From the NCBI GenBank assembly GCA_041666545.1, contig JBAYGS010000005.1, positions 18,842 through 82,841 of the forward strand: a stretch of 64,000 bases of DNA. Reading direction: 5' to 3'. Source of the stretch: Minisyncoccota bacterium (GTDB lineage: Bacteria > Patescibacteriota > Minisyncoccia > Phycocordibacterales > JBAYGS01). Numbering within the stretch: the first letter of the stretch is position 1; each line of letters opens with the position of its first letter. A model generated the notes under the pieces. It was given only the letters and a program-made list of their open reading frames with translations. It searched no databases and had not been told where the DNA came from. Position numbers and translations under genes: made by a program. Positions 7,911 through 17,600 of this stretch are shown here, piece after piece.

Positions 7911-9278
7911 CTAAAAATCTATTTCGGATCTTTGGTCGACTTCGGGATAAATTGCTTCCACATTTAGATAATCGTGAATCCTTTGAGCCAAGAACATACC
8001 TGCCTTCGGCTCACCCATTACCACAAAAACTTTCTTAAGTGACTCGGCCGTCTCGGCCACGAAATCCAAAAGATGTTCCGAATCTTTGTGTGAAGAAAAG
8101 CCATGAATCTCACGGATTTCCGCTCGCACCGCCACTTTCTCCCCCTCGATTTCCACCTCCTTTTCACCATTCTGCAATTTTCGCCCAAGAGTTCCGACCG
8201 ATTGGTAACCCGGGAGTAGAATCATACTATTCGAATCCGGCAAATAGTCTCTTTCATGCATCAAAACCCGCCCACCCATCGACATGCCGGAGCCGGCAAT
8301 CACCACCTTTGGCCCATCATGCCTTTTAATCGCCAAAGATTCTTGAGTTGTGTGGGCCAATTTCAGAAGCGGAAATTTGAAAATTTCATCACCCAGAGAA
8401 ATGGCCTTTTTTACATCATCATTAAAATTTTCCTGCGAATGGCGATAAACCTCGGTCACCCGAATAGCGAGCGGCGAATCTAAATAAACTGGCACCGGTT
8501 TTAGCTGACCACTTTCAACCATTTTGTTAATCTCATAAATCAAGACCTGGGTTCTTTCCATCGAGAAGGCCGGAATCACCAAGGTTCCTCCCCTTTTGAC
8601 GGTCACCTCAATCGCCTGCTTTAATTTGTTAACCCGTTCTTCCTGTGACTCATGATTACGATCGCCATAGACACTCTCCATTACCAAATAGTCAACACCC
8701 TTGAGCGGTTCGGTATCTTTAAGGAGTGGTGTCGGGGTATTACCCAAATCCCCGGTAAAAACAATTTTCTTGCCATTCTTGGTAAATTCGTACATCGCTG
8801 AACCGAGAATATGGCCCGAGTCTTTCGGGGTGACGCCCAGGCCGTCGCCAAGCTCTTTCGTTTCGTGATAATCAAAAGTCTGCCAAAGATTAAGGGCCTG
8901 GAGCATCTCCGCTTTGCCATAGAGTGGCAAAACGCCTTTCGCCCTCGCTTCTCGGTCCAAAAGATTAACCGTGTCCTCAAGCATCAGAGCCGTCAACTCT
9001 TTAGTTGGCGGCGTGCTAAGAATTTTCCCCCTAAAACCCTCTTTAATTAAAAAAGGAATCCGACCAATATGATCCAAGTGGGCATGGGTGACAAACAAAA
9101 TTTCAATCTCTTTGGGGTCATAATCAAACGGCTGACTATTCCGCGTATCTGAGTCAGGCGTACCTTGAAACATCCCGCAATCAATCAAAAATTTTCGTCC
9201 GCCAGTCTCCAAAAGAAAATTCGCCCCGGTCACTGTCCCCGTCCCGCCGTAGAAAGTAATCGCACTTTTATTAGACAT
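7911..9278 (-). CDS. MBL-fold beta-CASP ribonuclease (YSH1/TTHA0252-like)
   Basis: DCGMFQG, THAHLDHIG, GHILGS, TGDLG, ESVYGDR, SSHKD. Confidence 0.92.
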   Translation of the reverse strand: MSNKSAITFYGGTGTVTGANFLLETGGRKFLIDCGMFQGTPDSDTRNSQPFDYDPKEIEILFVTHAHLDHIGRIPFLIKEGFRGKILSTPPTKELTALMLEDTVNLLDREARAKGVLPLYGKAEMLQALNLWQTFDYHETKELGDGLGVTPKDSGHILGSAMYEFTKNGKKIVFTGDLGNTPTPLLKDTEPLKGVDYLVMESVYGDRNHESQEERVNKLKQAIEVTVKRGGTLVIPAFSMERTQVLIYEINKMVESGQLKPVPVYLDSPLAIRVTEVYRHSQENFNDDVKKAISLGDEIFKFPLLKLAHTTQESLAIKRHDGPKVVIAGSGMSMGGRVLMHERDYLPDSNSMILLPGYQSVGTLGRKLQNGEKEVEIEGEKVAVRAEIREIHGFSSHKDSEHLLDFVAETAESLKKVFVVMGEPKAGMFLAQRIHDYLNVEAIYPEVDQRSEIDF

Positions 9279-9693
9279 TGTTTTGCTGATTAATTAACAA
9301 ATGATTGGTAAATCTAGAAACCAAATAGTAGCCGATAAACCCGCCCACAATATCCGAAACTAGGTCAAAAGTGGTATCCAAAATATAGCCTTCACCGCCG
9401 TAGGTTGCCCCCAATGCGTATTCATAAATTTCCCAGCCGACGGCAATCAGAAGCACACTACCGAGGACAATCGGCAACAAACGACTCAAGGTTGGCCTCC
9501 ACTTGGTATAACCGGAGTAATAAATAAACCAGATGGTGGCGCCAGATAGCCAAAAACCTCCCAAAAAATGGACGATGTTGTCATACCACCACAGTCGCCA
9601 GTAAAGAAACAAGTTAAGCGCCGAAAGATGTAAGGTTAAAACCAGCCAGATCAGGCTTAATAAAAAAAGCGCCAGTTTTTCGCGTTCTTTCAT
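9271..9693 (-). CDS. Small polytopic membrane protein (VanZ/DUF2238-like motif pattern)
   Basis: WYDNIVHFLGG...WEIYEY...DTTFDL; start moved to ATG 9693, 7 nt after TATAAT. Confidence 0.7.
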   Translation of the reverse strand: MKEREKLALFLLSLIWLVLTLHLSALNLFLYWRLWWYDNIVHFLGGFWLSGATIWFIYYSGYTKWRPTLSRLLPIVLGSVLLIAVGWEIYEYALGATYGGEGYILDTTFDLVSDIVGGFIGYYLVSRFTNHLLINQQNNV

Positions 9694-9743
9694 ACTAGTC
9701 ATTATACCAAATACAAACTGCGAGCCGAAGCTCGCAGTCTAAA

Positions 9744-9864
9744 GTGGGTTACCAAAGATTATTCCCTAGTAAAGCTAGGTGGGTGTCCTGTGGCAAAGAC
9801 CAAGGTAATTGCCAACTCCAGACTCCCTGAAAATTTATTTAGAGAGTTAATCTTCAGTAACCCA
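9744..9864 (-). ncRNA. 6S-like RNA, copy B
   Basis: TATAAT at 9874-9869; closing stem GGGUUACUGAAGAUUA/UAAUCUUUGGUAACCC, central bubble, terminal stem, then terminator ACTGCGAGC-TTCG-GCTCGCAGT-TTGT. Confidence 0.6.
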
Positions 9865-10087
9865 ACTTATTATAACTCCGTGGGTGTCACGATAGAACAG
9901 TGGATAACAATTTAAAGCACGCGGCCAAGCAGAAGTATATAGTATTAGGTATATGGTATATGGTATGGAGAAGGGAGACCTTAAAACAAATTCAGAGATT
10001 TGTTCGGGTAAAGAAAAAACCGCATGAGCGGATGTTTAGAAAGTTTCTAATTTAGACAGCAACCACATCGCTGTGGTTGCTGTGTAA

Positions 10088-10227
10088 GTGGAGGATAGCA
10101 CTGCACAAGGTTAAGTTTAAGTGGGCTTCGCAAAGACAAACATTTGAAGATCCGGAGACGCTCAGCTGTTTGCTTTAGTTTGAATCCCTAAAAATTTTTT
10201 AATATATCTTGGCAGTTAACCATCCTC
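10088..10227 (-). ncRNA. ssrS: 6S-like RNA, copy A
   Basis: TTGACA-N15-TATAAT with extended TG; closing stem GAGGAUGG..ACUGC-CAAG/CUUG-UGCAGU..CUAUCCUC, AU-rich central bubble, interrupted terminal stem, downstream hairpin 10056-10083 and terminator. Confidence 0.6.
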
Positions 10228-10266
10228 TTCCCATTATAGCATAAAAAACGATTTGTCAACACTAAA

Positions 10267-10332
10267 AGTTGATAAACCGGTGTATAAGCTGTGCACAAAA
10301 AGTGGATAAAGCCGGTTACGGCTTTATCCACT
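10267..10332. promoter_or_regulatory. Cluster of DnaA-box-like 9-mers overlapping the ndk terminator
   Basis: AGTTGATAA 10267, GGTGTATAA 10279, TGTGCACAA 10290, AGTGGATAA 10301, TTATCCACT 10324. Confidence 0.45.
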
Positions 10333-10376
10333 TTTTATTCGTGTCATTCGTCTCCATTCGTGTATTTGTGTCGTGT

Positions 10377-10985
10377 TCACTCCAAGATTCCCTCCAAATT
10401 AGCATCGTAAAGAATCTGCTCTTGAACCAATTTGTAGTCAATAAGCTCATCTTTTTTAAACCAGTGCATGATTTCATTTTCCGCTTCCTTAACCGAGCCG
10501 GCCGAGTGGACCAAATTGCGGACCGCCCGAACATCATCATCGGACATTTTGTAAGAATCTAAAACAAAATCCCCCCGAATCGTTCCAACATCGGAGGTCA
10601 AAGGTTCGGTCCCGCCGGTAATCTTGCGCACAATTGCAACCGCATGAGCCCCTTGCCAGACCATCGCAATCACCGGGCCGGAAGAAAGATATTTTTTGAG
10701 CTTGGCTAAAATCATCTCCGTCACTTTGAAAGGATTGCCCTCGAAAGGGTGCTTCATCCCCTTGTCCTGGTAGGCTTTAATATTTTTCTCGCCGGTAAGT
10801 CTTCGCCACTCCGGATCAAGAGTATAATGTTTCTCGACAAACTCCGGACTAACCGTCATCATTTTTAGGGCTACCATCTTAAGCCCGGACCTTTCATAAC
10901 GTTTAATAATCTCGCCGATTAGAGTCCGCTGAATACCATCCGGCTTGATAACCACTAGAGTTCTTTCGTTTTTGGGATGAGGCAT
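10377..10985 (-). CDS. ndk: Nucleoside diphosphate kinase
   Basis: ERTLVVIKPDGIQR.LIGEIIKR...SGPV.AMVW.G...GTIRGDF...RNLVH. Confidence 0.95.
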   Translation of the reverse strand: MPHPKNERTLVVIKPDGIQRTLIGEIIKRYERSGLKMVALKMMTVSPEFVEKHYTLDPEWRRLTGEKNIKAYQDKGMKHPFEGNPFKVTEMILAKLKKYLSSGPVIAMVWQGAHAVAIVRKITGGTEPLTSDVGTIRGDFVLDSYKMSDDDVRAVRNLVHSAGSVKEAENEIMHWFKKDELIDYKLVQEQILYDANLEGILE

Positions 10986-11122
10986 AAGTTAGTGAGTAGT
11001 TAGTAGTAAGTAGTCAGTAGAAACGACATGAAGACATTCTAGCTCAAAATCTACCTCAGGACGAGGGATTGACATCTGATACCTAGTATGTTAGGGTGAC
11101 CAAAGAGAAAGGATAGAATACT

Positions 11123-11680
11123 ATGAATGTTCCTGCAAAAATCAACTTGGCAATGCAGTTGGTAATGACAGCTTTTGCCGAGAAAATCCGGACCGGCCGG
11201 ATGTCGATTCCCGCTTCAACCCATTCGCTCCGAGTCGGGCTTTCCCTAATCACCTACGCTTGCCCCATTGAGGTAGTACTTGCCGGCTTCTGCCATGACC
11301 TACTCGAGGACACTGCGGTCACTGCCGTCGAGATTCACCGACTGTTTGGCGAGCGAGTTTTGGCTCTCACCCAGGCCTGCACCCTCGACCCCGTCCTTGG
11401 AGACACAGAGAGTGGCGAAGACGAGCTTCTCGTTCGGGTTGTAATGTGCGCGAGAAACGGCGACCTTGACCCTCTGAAAATCAAGACTGCCGACCGCCTC
11501 GACAATCTGCGAACCAATTACACCCTAAAACCGGCCTCACAGCTCAAGTCTTATGAGAGGAGCCAGAGGTGGTTAAAGGCCGCTCAGCAGTACCTCAGCA
11601 ACGATGATTTAATCGGAGACTTGAAATCGGTCATGGATTGGGAAACACGACGGCTTACTGTCGCCGGCGTCTTCGAATAG
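11123..11680 (+). CDS. HD-domain hydrolase, Mesh1/SpoT-hydrolase-like (HD_4)
   Basis: R...IP...H...AG.CHDLLEDT...FG.RV..L...T...IKTADRLDNL. Confidence 0.8.
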   Translation: MNVPAKINLAMQLVMTAFAEKIRTGRMSIPASTHSLRVGLSLITYACPIEVVLAGFCHDLLEDTAVTAVEIHRLFGERVLALTQACTLDPVLGDTESGEDELLVRVVMCARNGDLDPLKIKTADRLDNLRTNYTLKPASQLKSYERSQRWLKAAQQYLSNDDLIGDLKSVMDWETRRLTVAGVFE

Positions 11681-11761
11681 GAATCGTTTCAGCACAAACC
11701 GGCGCGCCGCGCGCCGGTTTTTTTAATTCTTTTCCCTATACCATATACCCTATACCTAATA

Positions 11762-14500
11762 CTATATACTTCCCTTCTGGTATTTCTTCATAATCTCCGC
11801 TTCCACCTCGGCCCGGTCTTTGCCGTGAGTGAGATAAGAAAGCTCCTTCAATTTTTCCACTTTAGCCAAATCGCCTCTAGCCGGTGGCAAAGTCTCGATG
11901 CTAAAAGGTTTGACGGCCTTCCCGTTTACCAAGAGTTTCAAATAGGCATTGCGGTTGTCCAAATTCATAATGTCGCGAGCCGTAAAAACTGGAGCAAACT
12001 GTTTTTCCAGATACTCGGCATCATCGGCCCCAACCCGAAAGGCAGCAATTGAACCGACGTTACCGAAGACGGCATCTTGAATCTTTTCATCAAGTTGAGC
12101 GATAAACTGATGAGCAATATTTAGGCCAAGTTTGTATTTGCGCGCCTCGGAGAGAATAGTGGCAATCGAATCGGTGGTAATATTCTGAAATTCGTCGATG
12201 TAGAGATAGAAAGGCGGTAAATCTTGACCAAACGAATCTGAACGAGACAAGGCGGCCATTAAGATCTTGCCAACCAAAATGAGGCCGATCAAGTTGGCAT
12301 TGATGTCGCCGAGCCTACCCTTTGAAAGATTGACCAGCATAATCTTTTTCTTATCCATGATTTCCCGGAAATTAAAGGAGGATTTCTCCTGAGCAATCAC
12401 CGGGCGCATGATTTCGTTAGACAAAAAGACATCAAATTTGCTCGTGATGTAAGGCACGATGTTGGCAAGCGAGGCCTCCCCGCCGGCCTTATCGGCAATC
12501 TCGCGCCAGAATTGGACGACAATCGGATTTTTGCAACGGGAAAGTTTCAGCTCACGAAAAGCTTTGTTGGAAAGCACACGCGAAACATCAAGCAAAGTAT
12601 TCCCCGTCTCCGGATCTTCAATGACGAGCATCGTGGCATTTCTAAAATACTGCTCGAACATCGGACCACCGGCCGTTTTCATATCAAACAGCTTATTGAA
12701 AATCGACATCATCTCGTTGACTACAAAAGTTTTTTGCTCCGGAAAGCGGGTATCATATTCAAGCATGTTCAAAGCAATCGGCCTCGCGGTATAGGCCGGA
12801 TCGAAATAGATGACATCTTCGTATCTGTTTGGCGGGACCGTTGCCAGAATATCCTGAATATCAGAGCCGTGCGGGTCAATCACGCAAACACCCTCTCCGT
12901 TTAGAATATCCTGCACCGCCATATTCTTGAGCAAAGTCGATTTACCGGTACCGGTTTGGCCGATAGTGTAGAAATGGCGCAGACGGTCCTCCTTGGCCAT
13001 GAAAACTTTGGTCTCAGCTCCGCGGTGGCGATTAACCCCGATAATCGTGCCGGTTTGAGAAAGCTCGAGTGGTGCCGGAGCTGTGCCAGCCTTAGTCTGT
13101 TTGAGTTGAGGCGAGGCCTTACCACTCGTCGTCGGCAAATGGATGAGAGTAGTAAGCTCTTTTAAGTTGAGAGGCATAATCTGATCTTCGGTAAAAACTC
13201 GGAAGGCGAAATTCCTAAGCAACAATTTCTGAATCGAGCCTTTTTTCTCGATAAACTGGATTTTATTGCCGTGAGTATCTTCCAACTGATTGAAGGCTGA
13301 CTCCAGGTGAGACAAAATTTCTCGGGCCCGCAAAACCGTATCCGCCGAAACAACAATGCGGATAACCACTTCCGCGATTGTACTGCTAGTTTTGGCCGTG
13401 ATGTTGTCGACGGCTTGTTTATCAATTATCGGTGGCGTGCCATCATCTTTTTTCTTCGGCTTCTCCACACCTTTGAAAAATTCAACGAAATGTGTCCCAA
13501 GGCCTTTTGAGCCGACTACCGCCTCACTGACTTTCACCCCTTCTTGAATCTTGGCAATGGCCCGTTTATAGCGCTTAATGTAAAAATCATCAGACGACCT
13601 GATTAAAAACTGGACGGCCGCACCCTCACCACTTTTTCTAATCTTGGAGAAGGCATTTAAAAGAATGTTGAGAGGATCGTAATCAAAATTCTCATAGGTC
13701 TTGAGAGAAAAGGCCGATTCTTTGACCAAATCCGCGTAGGCACCAATCGCCACCCCTTTTTCATTAAAAATATTGTAGTCATCATGCTTCTCGCTGATTT
13801 TGGCATCAGGAAAAACTGAAAGCACTTGTTTTTCAAACAAATCGGCTTTGCTAATCGGCACCGCCGCGTAAATCACTGACTCTTCGCTCTCATTGGAATT
13901 CGCAATTTCAAAAGAAAAGTAATTTTTGTCGGAATCGCCGTCGTTCGTGATTGCCAAAAGTCCGGAGTAAAGTTGCTCCATGCTGGAAATCTGCTCTTTT
14001 AGATTTTTCTTGCCATCCTCGGTGCTGGCCTCAGGTAAAAGAATCTCAAAAAGGGTCAGGTGAAGTGGTCGCCAAAGTGCGCTTTTGGGTTCGAAACCGG
14101 CAATCGGATAACCTGCACGGAGGTACTCGGAAATAAAACGATGAAAGTCGTCTTCGAGGTGGAGATTATCGAGCTTGTCCAAAATCGTGAGCGCATTCTT
14201 CAATCCTTTCTCTTGCAAAATACCCAACAATTCTTCGATTTTCCGATCGTGAGCTTCGGGGGAAAGTTTGAGCACAATCGCCTCGGCCGCTTCAGTGGAA
14301 ATTACCCTTTCCGGTGCAATTACCGCCGTAGCCGGCATTTCTTGGTAAGCACGGATAACTTCTTTTTCTGTCTCCAGCCGCTCAACGGAAGAGGCCTTGG
14401 CCAAACTCTCTTTTTTGGCCAACTCACTGCGCAAAAAGGCAATCTCTTCATGAGGTGAAGAAAAAGGTTTTTCCGGAGATGACAAAAGGCTCTCGGCCAT
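11762..14500 (-). CDS. VirD4/TraG-TraD-like coupling ATPase (CPR-type)
   Basis: RH.Y.IGQTGTGKS Walker A, IDPHG, LYIDEFQN Walker B, LSEARKY.L.L.IAHQ. Confidence 0.88.
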   Translation of the reverse strand: MAESLLSSPEKPFSSPHEEIAFLRSELAKKESLAKASSVERLETEKEVIRAYQEMPATAVIAPERVISTEAAEAIVLKLSPEAHDRKIEELLGILQEKGLKNALTILDKLDNLHLEDDFHRFISEYLRAGYPIAGFEPKSALWRPLHLTLFEILLPEASTEDGKKNLKEQISSMEQLYSGLLAITNDGDSDKNYFSFEIANSNESEESVIYAAVPISKADLFEKQVLSVFPDAKISEKHDDYNIFNEKGVAIGAYADLVKESAFSLKTYENFDYDPLNILLNAFSKIRKSGEGAAVQFLIRSSDDFYIKRYKRAIAKIQEGVKVSEAVVGSKGLGTHFVEFFKGVEKPKKKDDGTPPIIDKQAVDNITAKTSSTIAEVVIRIVVSADTVLRAREILSHLESAFNQLEDTHGNKIQFIEKKGSIQKLLLRNFAFRVFTEDQIMPLNLKELTTLIHLPTTSGKASPQLKQTKAGTAPAPLELSQTGTIIGVNRHRGAETKVFMAKEDRLRHFYTIGQTGTGKSTLLKNMAVQDILNGEGVCVIDPHGSDIQDILATVPPNRYEDVIYFDPAYTARPIALNMLEYDTRFPEQKTFVVNEMMSIFNKLFDMKTAGGPMFEQYFRNATMLVIEDPETGNTLLDVSRVLSNKAFRELKLSRCKNPIVVQFWREIADKAGGEASLANIVPYITSKFDVFLSNEIMRPVIAQEKSSFNFREIMDKKKIMLVNLSKGRLGDINANLIGLILVGKILMAALSRSDSFGQDLPPFYLYIDEFQNITTDSIATILSEARKYKLGLNIAHQFIAQLDEKIQDAVFGNVGSIAAFRVGADDAEYLEKQFAPVFTARDIMNLDNRNAYLKLLVNGKAVKPFSIETLPPARGDLAKVEKLKELSYLTHGKDRAEVEAEIMKKYQKGSI

Positions 14501-14539
14501 AACAAAATTATACCGCGTCTTGGCGCGGATTCAAAAGTT

Positions 14540-14573
14540 GTTAAGAACCTTTACGAATAAGGCACACGAATAA
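14540..14573 (+). repeat. 34-bp dispersed repeat (GTTRAGAACCCTTACGAATAGGGCACACGAATAA family)
   Basis: Matches copies at 20435, 21444, 22244, 25960; partial copy at 14623. Confidence 0.85.
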
Positions 14574-14711
14574 AGTACGCGAATAGCGAAACCACGAATA
14601 CGCACACACGAATAAAAAGACAGTTGAGAACCCTTACGAATAGGTCGTGCGGATATTCGCGTCATTCGTCTCAATTCGTGTATTTGTGTCGTGTGCCGAA
14701 GTATTAAATAC

Positions 14712-14957
14712 CTAAGGAGTAATGACTTGTTCGTAGTCAGCAATCAATGACTTAACTTGATCTTTCAGTTCTTGATCGGCCTCATCAGTCAGTCTCTCCG
14801 CTCTGGCTTTCGCCTCCGTGAGCATAATCCGAGCTTTAGAAAAATCATCCAGTGAACGGCCTTCAGCAATCGCTTCAGAAATAGCAGCAAAAATCTCCCC
14901 AAATTCAGCTTTGGTCTCCAAACCTTCAGGTTTTACTAAATCGTCAAATCTTTCCAT
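14712..14957 (-). CDS. Small acidic helical hypothetical protein downstream of hicA
   Basis: ATG 14957 (MERFDDL), 4 nt after hicA stop. Confidence 0.55.
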   Translation of the reverse strand: MERFDDLVKPEGLETKAEFGEIFAAISEAIAEGRSLDDFSKARIMLTEAKARAERLTDEADQELKDQVKSLIADYEQVITP

Positions 14958-14961
14958 GGGA

Positions 14962-15159
14962 TTATTTTTTAAATCTGCCAATTTCCAGCCCTAAATCTTT
15001 GCAGATTTTAGAAACTAGAAAATCATTTATTTCTCGATGTCTCGGAACGGTCGAAATCTTATTATTATCCAAGTTTCTAAAGACTGAATGCTTTTTGCCT
15101 TCGCGGACCAAATGGCAATGGCCTTGACGCAAGTACAAAATTAAATCGCGCCGCTTCAT
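14962..15159 (-). CDS. hicA: HicA-family mRNA interferase toxin
   Basis: MKRRDLI..L...G...REGKKHS......STVPRH.EI...L..KICKDL. Confidence 0.9.
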   Translation of the reverse strand: MKRRDLILYLRQGHCHLVREGKKHSVFRNLDNNKISTVPRHREINDFLVSKICKDLGLEIGRFKK

Positions 15160-15162
15160 TAC

Positions 15163-15387
15163 CTAGCGAGCAAGACTGACAGAGAACAGCTCTCGTGAAA
15201 AACCTCTCGACTTTGATGAAATAATTTTTCTATTTTCAGCCAAAACTAAAAGTGCCGCTTCTTTCAGATTTTCCAAAGCTTCTTTTTTGGTTCGGCCCTG
15301 AGTATTGATGCCCGGGATTTCTTCCACCCATGCAACCACCCACTTACCGCTTTTTTTATAAACAGCTGTAAATTCTCTGTTTGTCAT
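15163..15387 (-). CDS. hicB: HicB-family antitoxin (short form, no DNA-binding domain)
   Basis: W..EIPGINTQGRT..EA.ENL.EA. Confidence 0.88.
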   Translation of the reverse strand: MTNREFTAVYKKSGKWVVAWVEEIPGINTQGRTKKEALENLKEAALLVLAENRKIISSKSRGFSRELFSVSLAR

Positions 15388-15449
15388 GAACAGATGATAT
15401 CAAAAATAAAGCTTTCAATCAAACCGGAATTAGCCGGTTTTGAAGAAGC

Positions 15450-16220
15450 CTATGAAGTCAAAATCTCCGGGCCGTTTTCGGTAATTACCACCGTGTGTTC
15501 AAAGTGAGCGCTCCGCGAGCCGTCAGCAGTTTTGTAGGTATAGCCGTCACGACCAAGCATCACTTCGGCCGTTCCTTCATTCAACATCGGCTCAATCGCA
15601 ATCACGAGACCGGGACGCATAATTGGACCCTGGGCCTGCATCTTAAAGTTCGGCACATAAGGATCTTCGTGGACCTGATAACCGACACCGTGACCGGAAA
15701 GAGTCTCGACAATGCCAAAATGCTTACCTTTCACAAATTTTTCAATCGCGGTACCAATTTCCCCGACTCGCTTGCCTGATTGCGCCGCCGCGATACCGAT
15801 ACTCAAGGCCTGTTCGGTAGTTTTTAACAACCTCTTAGCCGCCGGATCAACTTCTCCTACCGGCACCGTAATCGCCATATCAGTAAAAAGTCCTTTATGT
15901 TTAAGACCGGCATCCAAGCTCACAATATCCCCATCTTCAAGACTTCGGTCTCTTTCATTTGGAATACCATGAACAACTTCGTCATTTACGGAGACACAAA
16001 GAGAAGCCGGGTAAGGTCGACTCGCGCCCCACGGCTGGTAGTTTAGGAAAGCCGGTGAATCACCGTTTTGAACCATCAGTTTGTGAGCAAAGGTGTTTAA
16101 ATCTTTGACTTTGACTCCTGGAGCTACCTGCTTGGCAGTTTCGTGCAGGATAAAAGCCAGGCGCTTCCCACCCTCCCGCAAAATCGCAATTTCAGCCTCG
16201 GTTTTAATCTTAATTCTCAA
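15450..16220 (-). CDS. map: Methionine aminopeptidase type I
   Basis: CVSVNDEVVHGIP, GHGVG..VHEDP, AIEPM, SAHFEHT. Confidence 0.97.
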   Translation of the reverse strand: MRIKIKTEAEIAILREGGKRLAFILHETAKQVAPGVKVKDLNTFAHKLMVQNGDSPAFLNYQPWGASRPYPASLCVSVNDEVVHGIPNERDRSLEDGDIVSLDAGLKHKGLFTDMAITVPVGEVDPAAKRLLKTTEQALSIGIAAAQSGKRVGEIGTAIEKFVKGKHFGIVETLSGHGVGYQVHEDPYVPNFKMQAQGPIMRPGLVIAIEPMLNEGTAEVMLGRDGYTYKTADGSRSAHFEHTVVITENGPEILTS

Positions 16221-16229
16221 ATTTTTGAG

Positions 16230-16820
16230 TTAAACTTTTAAGTCAAGCCTATTTACTATCTCCGCCTGAACATCTGCGATCGTCTGCTCGCCATTAATAT
16301 CCAAAAAATTATAGTCTTGGTGACTTTGATAATATTTAACTACCGGCATCACTTCACTTTCAAACCAATCCAAACGAGCTTTGATATCATCGGCATTATC
16401 ATCGATTCTTTTCCTCGCCAAAAGGCGATCTTCGGCCCACTTTCGAGAAACATTGATATAAATCACATAGGGTTTGACCCTTTTATAGAAACCGAAAATC
16501 GAATGAAGTGCGCCAGCCTCATGAAGTCGGCGCGGGGTGCCATCAATCAGCAAGTGTTCGGTGTTTTTAAATTTGGTCGAAAGAATCTTGGCCCACATAT
16601 AGACCGAGAGAAATTCCGGCTGTAAACCGCCATCGTCATAAATCTGCTTGGAAATTTTTTGAGTCGTGGTATCCCCCTTAATAAATTCCCGAAATTCGGC
16701 CCCACTCTCCAAATGAAAAACTTCCGTTTCCGGATTTTGTTTTTTTAAATATTCGCCAAGCAATTCGACTTGAGTACCTTTGCCACAGCCGGAACGGCCG
16801 ATGAAGATGAAGGAATGCAT
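16230..16820 (-). CDS. adk: Adenylate kinase
   Basis: GRSGCGKGTQ P-loop, LIDGTPR; between secY and map. Confidence 0.9.
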   Translation of the reverse strand: MHSFIFIGRSGCGKGTQVELLGEYLKKQNPETEVFHLESGAEFREFIKGDTTTQKISKQIYDDGGLQPEFLSVYMWAKILSTKFKNTEHLLIDGTPRRLHEAGALHSIFGFYKRVKPYVIYINVSRKWAEDRLLARKRIDDNADDIKARLDWFESEVMPVVKYYQSHQDYNFLDINGEQTIADVQAEIVNRLDLKV

Positions 16821-17017
16821 GAATTAGTTTGTAGTTAGCAGTGGGTAGTGAGTAGTTAATGGAGACATAATAACAAGAAACTGGAGACTTAAATAGGACT
16901 TGACTTTTTGCCGATATTATGATACACTCAAAGGCAGTAAAGTCCTTTAGCATTTTAGTGCACAGAAACTCAACAACCTACCCGCCAAGCGGGTTACAGA
17001 AATCGGAGGAAATCAAT

Positions 17018-17503
17018 ATGACTAACTATGTGGTAATTACGACGATCGTCGGTAAGATCCTAGCACTTATTGGTATCGGCCTCATTTTTAAGGCGGTAAT
17101 CCGCGAAGAGAACAGCATCAGGATGGCCGGCTTGTTCTTTGCTTCTGGGATCATTTTGCTTCTATGCTCGGCGGCCGGGTCCAAAAACGTTAATCTGGCC
17201 AAAAGTGATCTGCCGGCAGATTACAAACTCGAGGTTAACTCGGAGTACCGGGGAGCTGGCAATGTTCTACAATCCCCGACCAACATTGCCGACGGAATCG
17301 GCCTGGGGGTAGTGATCATCCACAGCTCGGACAGAAAGACCGATCTTGGCCAGACACCTGTCCTCATGAACGCCGGACTCAAGGTTGGCGAGCCGATTGT
17401 AATGAAAGCCGTCGAGGTGGTGGTTAATAACCACCCGATATACTTCATGTTCGTGGCGGAAAAGCTCCCCACCAACAATGTCGCTGCGGCTACGGCCAAG
17501 TGA
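17018..17503 (+). CDS. Hypothetical membrane protein (two N-terminal TM helices)
   Basis: ATG 17018 after GGAGG; TTGACT-N17-TACACT promoter; terminator 17515-17550. Confidence 0.65.
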   Translation: MTNYVVITTIVGKILALIGIGLIFKAVIREENSIRMAGLFFASGIILLLCSAAGSKNVNLAKSDLPADYKLEVNSEYRGAGNVLQSPTNIADGIGLGVVIIHSSDRKTDLGQTPVLMNAGLKVGEPIVMKAVEVVVNNHPIYFMFVAEKLPTNNVAAATAK

Positions 17504-17600
17504 CCGATTCACATCCCGCGCGAGCTTCTCCGGAAGCGAGCGCGGTTTTTAATTGACCAAAGGCCCCAAATTGGCTAAATTAGTGTGAGAAAGGGCAAAA

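Noticed and set aside
10261-10335. Replication origin
   Set aside because: Only degenerate boxes, no dnaA/dnaN, and no change in gene orientation bias; kept only as a possible regulatory cluster
11762-14500. Conjugative element
   Set aside because: Lone coupling-type ATPase with no relaxase or VirB genes; such genes are common chromosomal CPR genes
14540-14700. Possible CRISPR array (34-bp repeat, ACGAATA units)
   Set aside because: Copies are dispersed or irregularly spaced with no unique spacers, and there are no cas genes
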